In this document: piece by piece, positions 10,696 to 21,218 of the stretch
Layout of the letters: each line of letters opens with the position of its first letter
How positions within the stretch are numbered: position 1 is the stretch's first letter
NCBI RefSeq assembly: GCF_000400465.1
Contig: NW_008806275.1
Location: 429,656-461,655, forward strand
Direction of reading: 5' to 3'
Length of the DNA: 32,000 nucleotides
Origin: Wallemia ichthyophaga EXF-994
Lineage: Eukaryota; Fungi; Basidiomycota
Translations under genes and position numbers: made by a program
The notes under the pieces: generated by a model
Told to the model about the DNA's origin: nothing
The model's database searches: none
Seen by the model: only the letters and a program-made list of their open reading frames with translations

Positions 10696-13392
10696 TCAAA
10701 CCATCATTACATCCAATCTCGACAGCTGTTGGAGGACATCGCTTGAGATTCTGAATCTGAGCAGTCCAACGAACATCATGAGTGTGCGAGCTTTCGCACG
10801 GAGTTGACCCATTTTCTGTAATTTCAAGTTGTCAGTATGGATGAAGATTTTCTGAAGTAACTGCCAACTCACGTTTTGTCTAGAAGTGTCCCCGAATGGA
10901 GATTCCTTCAAGTTGGCGTGTATTTTGAAGAGGATGTTCATAGTGACGAGAAGAATATCAGAGAAGTTCCTCGATATACTCTCATTGATTTCTTTAAAGT
11001 CTTCCGCTTTCCTTGTGATTGAAATAACGTCACCAGACAGAGGAATAATGTTGAGTTGTTCAATACCATCGAGAGCGAAATCCAATTGAGATTGTTCGTA
11101 ATGCTTGAGAATCTCCTTCAACTTTAGAAGGACTTGCAATGTTTCCCTGTTATTCTTGTCTACTCTGTGCGCGATACGTGCATCTCTCTTGTAGTGGCTG
11201 AGTATGTTATTCGACAATTCAAACAGCTCATCTTGGCTTCTATCGTTAGGGTTCGAGTAAAGAGACAAGCCGAGCTCATGACAGAGTACGAGGATAACCT
11301 TGTTGTACTCTTCCGACAAGTTGTACAGCAAGATTGCATCTCTTGTACGCTTCTCGAGCTCGGCCTTATGTGCTGAAGCCTTAACGATGTTGACGAGGAA
11401 ATCTCTTTGGTTGTCGAGGCTGATAAGACTGAGATCCTTCTCTATCATCCCCTGCAACTTTGTACCATCAGGTTTGATCTCGCCCACTAACTCAGTATAC
11501 GCTCTAGTCTCCAATACGAGGTCTTTGATGTAGGCGTGGCAGAGTGCTATTTGCTGCTTGTTGACTGGGGTTGGGGCATCACTATTGAGGCATATAAGAT
11601 AAAGGTATTGCAATGCCTCGCATGGGTCCGTTTTAGCGAAGATGCGCGTATATCTCTGTATCATTCTCGCAAAGTCGAGCGTAGGCTGACCGTTTGCGTC
11701 TGCTGTGACTGTTGGTATGTGAGTGAGTGTGAGTGTTTGTACCTAATGATGTAAGCTTCACTTACGCAGTTCGATCTCAGACGTGTGGGACTTCTCGGGT
11801 GCACGCAGCAGACCGTAGTATGAAAGAGCGACAGCGAAGTGGACAGCATCGACTTGGTACTGGACATTGTTGTAGAGGTACGCCACGGCGCGCTCGAACT
11901 GACCGCATAAAAGCAATACTGTGAAATACTTGATGGGATTATTACCCTTCGGGTCGAAATGCTTATCACCAAATTTGAGAAGCAGTCCGGCTAATTCTCT
12001 CAGCCCGAATGATTCAGATGGCGAGTCTTCGCCTGGTGCGCTCTCTCTGACGAGCGACAACTGCAGCCACAACCAATCTTCAGTTGTGGTTGTGATGGAT
12101 TGTAAGTTACGTCTTGATAGTTCTGCTCTTCCAACCAATTTGTAGAGTGCATATTTGTACGGATCAATTGAGCCTGACTCAGCAGCGAAACGTATTCTTG
12201 TGTTGTATGTTGACATGAATCTGTCATGAAGTTGTCTCGGCAAGCGCTGATGAGGAGAGTCGAGCCATGATTTGAAGTACGGGACGAATTCTCTCTCAGT
12301 CTTACCAAGAGCCTCTTCGTTTTCAATAGCCAAGTCTAAGGCTTCATTGGGATGACCGGTGCGCAAGAGGGTAAAGAGCATAGCCCAGAGAGGCTGACCA
12401 GAGATAATCTCTATCTTAGGATCAGACCAACCACCATTCTTTGCGTACTTGACATTGAGGAAACCTCTGACCTTGTTTTGAATGAGTGGCAAGCCACCAA
12501 CCTGAGCTTGTGAAGGATTTTGAATGATGATCTTCTCAATGTACTTCAAGTATTGATGTTCCAAGAAGTGCTTGGAGCCAGTTGTCCAAAGAGTGCGAAG
12601 ATTGCGCGCCTCGTCAGATTCAGAGGATTGGTGGAGGTATGAGTTTGAGTATTCTCTTTGGGAGAGTGCAGCTCTCTGAAATTCACCGTTAACGACAGAC
12701 TTCTCTCTTAAGGAAGAAGCGAGCAGTTGCCAGCAGTCGTGGATCTGGTTTGAACGAGTGTCAGTGGTTGAGAGAGACTTGGCAATCGATGATAGCTCAG
12801 ATATGATTGGATAGTTGTAGGCTTGCAAGCGATACTCGTTAAGCTTCTTGACGAGATTAGCGTAGCTGTTCATGCGCGTGTTAACAGCTAGAGTGGTTGA
12901 AGGGATGGTGGAGTAAGAGGAGGACTGTTGTGGGATGAAATCGACGTCATTAGAGTAAGAATGCTGTCCTAGCTCCTCGAATAAGAGAGACAGCCTTTTG
13001 TTCCAGGAAGATTGAAGATTTTCAGATAAATTGGATTGAAATTGATTAACAGTATCTCTCCTGCCTTCCTCAATGGTGGATATAATAGTTTGTTCATATT
13101 GATGTCTCAAGTAGCCGTCTAAATCGCTATCAAGCAACGGTTGAAGAGGTTCAAACGTGTTATTGAGATTGTTGTTGATTGTAAATATCTTATCTGATAA
13201 ATCACTCGCGTTTAAGCCACCAGATGCCAATAGATAATGTACTCTGCTATCAATATCACCTCTCTGCTTATGGACCAACTTCTTGGACTGGTTCTCGATC
13301 TGATCCAAGCCGAGGTGTATCTGCGGTAGATCTGGCTTGGATAGATGGCTCGTAAGAGTTCTCGACTGCGCTAATAAATCCGCCAACGACAT
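10696..13392 (-). CDS. NIC96: Nuclear pore protein Nic96/Nup93
   Basis: MSLADLLAQSRTL...LPQIHLGLDQIE..., PLWAMLFTLLRTG, DPYKYALYKLVGR, TTEDWLWLQL, LLLCGQFERAV, DAVHFAVALSYYGLL. Introns at 11709-11765 and 10816-10872. Confidence 0.95.
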
Positions 13393-13467
13393 GAAGGTAT
13401 TTTTTAACCACGTCGTCAGCACAAACGGCCATCTTGAAAAATAAGTTTATAAATACCAGTATAAACT

Positions 13468-14232
13468 ATGGGCAATCCGCATTATGACTTTTTAATGTGA
13501 GTATTTCCGTGGCTCAATTTCCCAGTATATGGCTTACAGTCCCAGTAAACGTGTGTACCCCAAGTTATTGAATATACGCCACTAAGCACCCCCCGCAGTT
13601 CTTCTTATCGGTGATTCTGGCGTTGGTAAATCCTGTCTCCTTCTCCGCTTCTGTGACGATGCATGGACGCCATCATTCATCACAACGATTGGTATCGATT
13701 TCAAGATCAGAACGATAGAATTGGATGGGAAGAGAATTAAGTTACAGATTGTGAGTTGATATCCCTCCTATTCACATACACCATTATAACACATCATCAG
13801 TGGGATACTGCCGGTCAAGAGCGCTTTAGAACTATCACTACCGCTTATTATAGAGGCGCAATGGGTATTTTACTCGTTTATGACGTTACAGACGAGCGCA
13901 GCTTCAACAACGTTAGAACTTGGCATTCAAATGTCGTTCAATACGCTTCTGAAGGCGTTAATAAGATATTAGTTGGTAATAAATGCGATTGGGATGAGAA
14001 GCGCGCTATTTCTCAAGACCAGGGCAAAGAATTGGCTGATAGCTTGGAAATTAAGTTCATTGAAACATCCGCAAAGAATAACATCGGCGTTGAAGACGCT
14101 TTCTTTAGCTTAGCACGTGATATCAAGTCAAGACTCATCGACAGCCAGTCTTCAAACTCCAATAACAATTCCTCAAACGTCAAAGTCGACGCAAATCAAA
14201 ATCAACCCGCTACCTCTGGTGGTTGTTGCTAA
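13468..14232 (+). CDS. SEC4: Rab8/Sec4/Ypt2-family small GTPase
   Basis: [64 protein letters not shown]-terminal GGCC. Exons 13468-13496, 13546-13550, 13599-13750, 13801-14232. Confidence 0.95.
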
Positions 14233-14309
14233 CGCAATTCCCTTACTCAATTTCATTTCAATATCTGTTGATTCTCATTTATAACGTACTTTACATTTTC
14301 TTTGTTTAT

Positions 14310-17300
14310 TTATTCGGTTTGTGGTGCATACGGATCAGCTGTATATGTCTGATACATTTGCTCTTGTTCTTCTTGCTCATATACCGCTTGCTGTTGTTGC
14401 TGTTGTTGCTGTTGTTGCTGCTGCTGCTGATTAAAAGCTTGTTGTTGATAATACATAGGATCTGCGATAAATGCGCCTGCATCAACGCCTCCATATCCAG
14501 CTGGTGCCCGATACGTTGCATGCGGCATATCAGTGTTAGGCATTTGTCCCGAATTCTGACCAAGAGGTACTCCCATCATATGTTGTGGCTGTGGTTGAGG
14601 TTGTGGTTGTGCCTGCATCTGAGCTTGTGCTTGTAGAGGTGGCTGCGCTGCTTGTTGCTGTTGAATTGGCACTGCATACTGCGCCGCAGCACCCAATACC
14701 TGTGCTGCCTGCACAGGCTCTAATGCTTCAGCTGGCATCTCCGATCCAGGCACGCCTGTATTGTACACCTTCTCATTCCACGCCTGATCCATTCCTGCTT
14801 GCAATGCATCTGCATCTTCTGCAACCCATGATCCCGGTTCGTTGTATGTGTTAGCATTAGCACACATCAAGTGGAAGTCACTCAAACACTCCCTTGCATT
14901 CTGGTATGACTTCCTGTCGATCTTGCGCTTAATCGTGTTTAGTGCCACTGGGTTCTTGATCAGGAGTGCATAGTCAGGGTACAGCTAGTCACTTTGTTAG
15001 CCTTTTCTAATTTGCTCAAACACCACTCACCTTCTTCGATGGTACTTCACGGAAAAGATCACTCCTTGGTCTACCATCTTCGTCCGTCAACGTCCAAACC
15101 ACGTCGAAGAAAGGCAAAAGGACCTTCTTCAGACGTTCCTTGGTCTCCCCATCAACACCTGCCTTCTTCTTTTTGTTCGTAGGTTCAGTCTCTTCAATAT
15201 CGACATTTGGAGTACCAACAGTGGTATTGCGTTTGCGTTTGCCCATTGGAAGACTTGGGGCTGGTGTGGAAGTCTTAGTCGAAGGTCTGCTGCGTTTGCT
15301 ACCAGCGTCCAACTCAGGTGACTCGTCAGGTGGAGGTATTTGAGGCTGCTGTTGAGCCATATCGCGCTTCTGTCTAGATGCTTCTTCGATAGTGGTACCA
15401 TCATTTTCAAGCGCATTCACCCATTGTTCTTCAGTAAGACCATCGTCGTACACAACACAAGCACGCGCAGCACGCGCTCTTCTGCCCCCCTCTAAAGCCT
15501 CCTGATCAGCCTCAATAATAGGATTCCATTTGAATGTCGTTCTGTAGATTTCCGGTAATTCTCCATCTGTAATTAATCTTCCAACATTATCAATAGGCAA
15601 GCCCTTCATTTGATTGAACAGCTTGTCATTCTCTGCTCTCTCCCTGTCCATTCTATTGAAGACATCTATTTCACCTTCTCCTCTAGCGAGCAGCTCGTTG
15701 ATTTCATCATCATTCATATCACCAGCTTCTTCTTCCTCTTCTGCTTCTTGTTCGAGGATAGATCTCAGGAAATCCTCACGCTCTTCAGCTGTCGATTTGT
15801 TGTCGAATTTACCTGCTTGGATAACCTTGCCGTCTATTTCCAACTTATACTGTGCACGTGCAAGAATCTGCTCTTCGACAGAACGTTCAGTGATCAATCT
15901 CAATATCCTAACTTCCTTCTTCTGTCCAATTCTGTGAGCACGGTCTTGAGCCTGAAGATCAGCGTGTGGATTCCAGTCTGAGTCGAAGATAATGACTGTG
16001 TCTGCTGATTGAAGGTTAAGACCTAAACCACCAGCTCTTGTAGAAAGCAAGAAGACAAAGTAATCAGAGTCAAGATCGTTAAATTTGTTCAACAAACTCG
16101 ATCTCTCTTCTGTCTTTGTTGATCCATCTAAACGCAAGTGTTTCAACCCTCTCCACGCAAGATAGTCTTCCATGATTGTCATAATAGCTGTCATTTGGAA
16201 GAAAATTAAAACTCTGTGACCAGTTGCCTTCAACTTTGGCAATATTCTATCAAGTAGCTCAAATTTACCTGCTACTCTATACAACTTGTCATCCGAGATT
16301 GAAGCTGGGTTCACTGCACTCTCGATGGCATCAAAAACGAATGGATGGTTAACAATCTTACGGAGTTGCATGATCGTGTTCTGGAGACCTTTAATTCCAG
16401 CCTTGTTGGATCCACCAACGGCGCCATTCTTGTCTGTTGTTGCAATGGATGCCATTTGACCATACTTCTTCATCTGTTCATACAGGGTGATCTGAAGTGG
16501 ACTCATTCTACACTTAACAACCTTCTCCACCTTGTCAGGAAGATCTTTCTCGACATCCTTCTTCAGACGGCGCAATAGGAACGGACGCAAAACTTTATGG
16601 AGACGTTTGATCTAAGGTCATTTAGCATTGTATTGTTTAACTTAATCTCACTACTTACGACAAGCAAACTTTCTTCTTCATTCAAATCCATTTTCTCGTT
16701 TGTTCCAGTATTGGCGAATGGAGTATTGAACCACTCATCAAAAGACTTGACACTGTTGAAGATCTTCGGCAAGACAAAGTTAAGTAAAGCCCACAGCTCT
16801 GGGAGGTTGTTCTGAAGTGGTGTACCAGTCAAGATTAATCTGTAACGGGTCTTATAGAACGTTTGAAGAGTTTGTGAGAGTTTTGATTCAGTATTCTTAA
16901 GACGGTGACCTTCGTCCATTATCATGAAAACCCAGTTGTATTTACTGAGTACTGGACGATCCTTGATGACATATTCAAATGTAGTCAAAAGGACTTGGAA
17001 ACCTTGTCTCATGCGATTTTGTGTTGCCTTCCTCTGCTGAGGAGGACCCTTGTACACTGCCACAGATACTGCTGGTGCCCACTTCTCAAATTCCATAGCC
17101 CAGTTGGTCAGCGTAGACAGGGGTACAATGATCAAGTACGGTCCGTTTTGTCTTTTGCGTTCGATGAGGAAAGTAACTAGTGAGATTGTTTGAATTGTTT
17201 TACCAAGACCCATCTCGTCAGCAAGTATACCATTAAGGCGATTATTGTACAACGAAGTCATCCATTGAAGACCCTTCAATTGATACTCCTTCAACTGACC

Positions 17301-18946
17301 ACCAATAAGAATGGAAGGTTGAGTTGTAACCTTCTCGCTGACACGGTGTGCGACGGCGTAGTAGTCCACACTAGTTTTACCCTGATCCTCAGTCTCATCA
17401 TCTTGACGTCTACCACCGAATGTAGCCTCTGTAGCAGGACCATCTTCAACCTCGAAGTTTACATTATCCTCCATACCGACTTCATTCTGTTGAGCAAGGA
17501 CGCTTTGTGTAAGCGAGTCGAGGTAAGTATCTGTTTGCGAAAGAAGATGAGTAATTCTTGTGTCCTTGGCGGTATCGATCAACTTCAAGTAAGCTTCTTC
17601 ATCATCGTTTCGAAGAGCAGCAAGACGCTCCTTGGAGACTCTTTCAACGCGTTTCTGCTCTTCCTTTTCTACATCTCCGTGCAGCTTGAGTACCGCTCTG
17701 CCCATTTTATGTGATTTACCAACAGCGTCTCGATTAGCCTGACGAAGGTTGTTGGCGTGATTGTGGATAGACATTATGTAATCGAGATGCTTCTGGCGAC
17801 TCTTTCTGTCGCGCTCGCTACGCTGCTTCCTCTCGAGCTGCTCAGTTGCTCGTGCTTCTCTGAGTGACTGTTTCTTGAATCTGCGGAACGCAGTGCGATC
17901 AGTCGTCAGCAGTGTAGCGTGCGACTGAGCGCTGATGACGTCTTGGCGAAGAGCGCGCTGCTTCTCGACGAGCTTGAGTGCCTTCAGTTCGATAAGGGCC
18001 TTCATCTTATCTGAGGAGTTCAGACTGGTAAGCGAGTTAGGTTGAGGCTTCTCGTCTACTTCCTGAGGTGCTTTTTGGTCAAGCACGTCGTTGCCTGTGA
18101 CACTCGCTGGTTCGTCGGACGTCGTCGACGACATTCCCTCCAGCTCTTGTATACGCCAGTACATGCGTCTTTGTTGGAAACGGTTGCGCTCTTCGATCAG
18201 TTGGTATGGATCAATACCTAGTGGCATGACAGATGGGACAATGATACGCTGGTTCTTTGTGCTGCTTGAAGAAGACTCTGGACCTGCTTCAAGATAGACG
18301 AGTGGGCTGATGTACGATTCGTATTCGTGCGGTTTTTGAGCGGCATCCTTGCTTTCGATTGTATTGTTTACTTCAGAAACAGCGCCAATTGTCCTGTCGC
18401 GCAACGAGTCTTCTGGTGGAGGTGGAACGGGATACTGAGCTGGCTCAAACGCCTCTCTCTGGACGTGGTCTGGCACTGGAAGATTTTGACTAGCGTATTG
18501 GAAGGTAGCCATTTGGGCTTTTAAGGCGTTGACTTGTACAGGAGTGAGTGATTGAGGTGCTTGAGGTGTTTTATGAGCACCTCCTGCGAAAGATATTAGT
18601 AAAGATATGGGTAACAGTAGCACAAGCTCACCTGGCTGCTGCTGCTGTTGCTGCTGCTGTTGTTGAAGCTGCTGCTGGCGTGCTTGCTGGAATTGACCAA
18701 ACATTCTGAGGAAGTGGGCCAATTGGGCGTACTCGGGCGACGTGCGCTCATTCTGGCCTTGGGAGCGCAGGATGTTGAGCCTCTGTAAATATTATCAGTG
18801 ATGGCGTCAGTGGACAAAGAGGCACCAACTTGTATCATGGCTTGGACACGCTCACGGTTCATTACCTGAGAGATATTTGGTGGGAATTGCTGCTGCTGCT
18901 GGGCTGGCATATGCTGCGCCGGCCGATTAAATTGGCTGAAATCCAT
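14310..18946 (-). CDS. SNF2: SWI/SNF-RSC family chromatin remodeling ATPase (Snf2/Sth1/Snf21-like)
   Basis: QLQ-like segment, HSA coiled coil, ILADEMGLGKTIQT, MIMDEGHR, LTGTPLQN, LLSTRAGGLGLN, QAQDRAHRIGQ, YDDGLTEEQW, and a C-terminal bromodomain (YPDY..LIKNP.AL..IKRKI...CANANTYNE.GS). Four introns identified. Confidence 0.95.
14388..14429 (-). repeat. CAG/CAA poly-glutamine microsatellite in SNF2 C-terminus
   Basis: Plus strand reads (CTG/TTG)n; encodes a run of about 13 Q. A second polyQ run lies at about 18635-18680. Confidence 0.85.
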
Positions 18947-19176
18947 CTTTATTTTATCTGCTATTATCAAGACGCGAACTTATTCCGCGTTTGAATCTCA
19001 ATAACTCAAAGAAAAGGCAGATGGTGGTTAAGAATAAAGCAGTGATTGGCTGAGTGGAATTTAAAAAATTAAATATTATTGTAGCCTGTACTGCTATATT
19101 TATATGCTGCATTTATTTTAATTATCTACTCGTTTCCGTTGCTGCCCCTTTGCTTCGAGTCTGAACGTTTATCGAG

Positions 19177-20157
19177 ATGCGATTTAATACGGTTTTAATG
19201 TCGGCATATACAAATCTTAAGGCTGATATGCCTCTGAGAAGCGTGCAGCTAATCTCTCTTCACCGTCCAAATGCCCTCAACGCTCTCAATCGTCATCTCA
19301 TGGCCGAGCTTGACGATGTCCTCCAGAAGGCGCAGAGCGACAGCCAAATCAAGTGTGTTGTACTTACTGGCTCCGAAAAAGCCTTTGCAGGTGTGTGAAA
19401 TACATTTTTGTAGCCCTTCTGACCCTCCCTAGCTGGCGCCGATATTAAGGAGATGAAGGACATCAGCTTCGTAGACGCTTACAAACAGGACTTCTTGAGC
19501 TCCTGGAACAAGATTCGTGAATTCAGGAAACCTCTTATCGGCGCAGTCTCTGGATATGCCGTGAGTGCTATGACGTCAATGATCTCATTAATCCATGTCT
19601 TTATTTTCAGCTCGGTGGTGGCTTTGAGGTTGCTATGGCTACAGATATTTTATTAGCTTCGAACAGTGCCAAATTTGGTCAGCCAGAGATCAACCTAGGT
19701 ATCATTCCAGGCGGTGGTGGCACACAGAGACTTATCAGAGCTGTTGGCAAAGCTAAGGCGATGGAGATGATACTCACAGGACGCATGATTAAAGCTCAAG
19801 AAGCTTGTGAAAGAGGTCTCGTTAGTCAGGTACTTGACGCTGAGCAGCTGATGCCTGAAGCACTGAAAGTGGCCGAGGAGATTGCCAACAAGTCTGCTAT
19901 CAGTGTCCAAGCAGCCAAAGAAGCTGTTAATGCAGGTAAGTTTGAGATTTATCTTCATTGATTCCGTTGATATAGATTAGCCCACGAGATGCCTCTGAGC
20001 GAGGGTCTCAGATTTGAGAGGAGACTGTTCCATCAGCTATTCGCTACCAAAGATCAGAAAGAGGGTATGTTACAACCACAAAAAGCGCTTCTTGCTGATA
20101 TTTCCAGGTATGTCTGCTTTCATCGAGAAACGCAAACCATCCTTCACCGACGAGTGA
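19177..20157 (+). CDS. ECHS1: Short-chain enoyl-CoA hydratase (crotonase family)
   Basis: [74 protein letters not shown]. Four introns; stop TGA at 20155-20157. Start codon could be 19177 or 19198. Confidence 0.92.
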
Positions 20158-20350
20158 TGAGGTAGGCAGTACAGACATGCTCTCGCTGTACTATAACCAA
20201 TCATTAGCATGTATAAAGACTTTAAATTACGATTCACGACCGTTTTCACATGTGAGAAAAGAAAGTGAAAATTTAGAATGTCCGGCATCGGGGTATCGCA
20301 AAGCGTAAAAAAGTAGCATGATGTACGCATTATCTTTTAGCTTAGTCACA

Positions 20351-21037
20351 ATGATTAAATTCGAAATATGGAGCTATCCAGGAGGTCCAAATCCATTCAA
20401 AGTTCTCAATTTTCTCGAGGAGTTAGGATTTACTCATCGTGCAGACTACATAATACACAACCTTGAGTTCGGGGATCATCCGCAAAGAGGTGTAAAAGGG
20501 GAATTCTTCCTACGCATTAACCCAAACGGAAGGGTACCTGCCTTGGTAGACCATAGAAATAACCACTTGGTCGTGTGGGAGAGTGGTGCGATTCTTCAGT
20601 ACCTCGCTAGACGATATGGACAAGAACAGTACATGGGAAAAGACCTCAACGAGCAAGCCGCGGTGACGCAATGGCTTGATTTTCAAATATCCGGACACGG
20701 TCCGATTCAAGGGCAAGTGAACTACTTCAAGCACTTTTGGAAGAGTGTTACAGGTGAGGATCCTCCGCCTCTCGTCATTAAGAGGTACGAGAATGAATGT
20801 TACCGCGTCTTCAGCGTGCTCGAAGGTCAATTGATCCGACAGAAGGCTGCTGGAAGTGACTTTATTGCACTTGATAGATACACCGTTGCGGACATTTCAT
20901 TCCACGGCTGGCTAAGGTTGACCAACGTCGCTCAGCTGTCCTTTGAGCAGTTTCCTCTTGTCCAGGCCTGGGTAGAGAGAATGGAAAAGCGGCCGTCGAC
21001 TCAACGTGCGGCTCTAGCACAAGCTAGTCAAGTGTAA
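20351..21037 (+). CDS. Glutathione S-transferase, Ure2p/Nu-class-like (intronless)
   Basis: GPNPFKVLNFLEELG, INPNGRVPALVDH, VWESGAILQYL, QWLDFQISGHGPIQGQ, YTVADISFHGW. First ATG at 20351. Confidence 0.9.
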   Translation: MIKFEIWSYPGGPNPFKVLNFLEELGFTHRADYIIHNLEFGDHPQRGVKGEFFLRINPNGRVPALVDHRNNHLVVWESGAILQYLARRYGQEQYMGKDLNEQAAVTQWLDFQISGHGPIQGQVNYFKHFWKSVTGEDPPPLVIKRYENECYRVFSVLEGQLIRQKAAGSDFIALDRYTVADISFHGWLRLTNVAQLSFEQFPLVQAWVERMEKRPSTQRAALAQASQV

Positions 21038-21218
21038 GTGCCTGGGAATATCGGGCAAGTATTGTAATCGATATGTCAAATGTCAAATGCCATCGCCAGA
21101 ACGGATATTATGTGTGATGAGAAAAATATAATTACGTTGAGAGAATAATCTGCATGCTCCGAGTAAACCTTGTTGCATCCCTCCGTTTCAACCCAAAAGT
21201 CTCTTATCTCAAACGGTC

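Noticed and set aside
14223-14854. Leu/Val-rich ORFs on the plus strand resembling membrane peptides
   Set aside because: They are antisense readings of the SNF2 polyQ/Q-rich tail.
3468-18946. Two chromatin-remodeling genes (ARP5, SNF2) in one window as a cluster
   Set aside because: They belong to different complexes and are separated by unrelated genes; consistent with chance in a dense genome.
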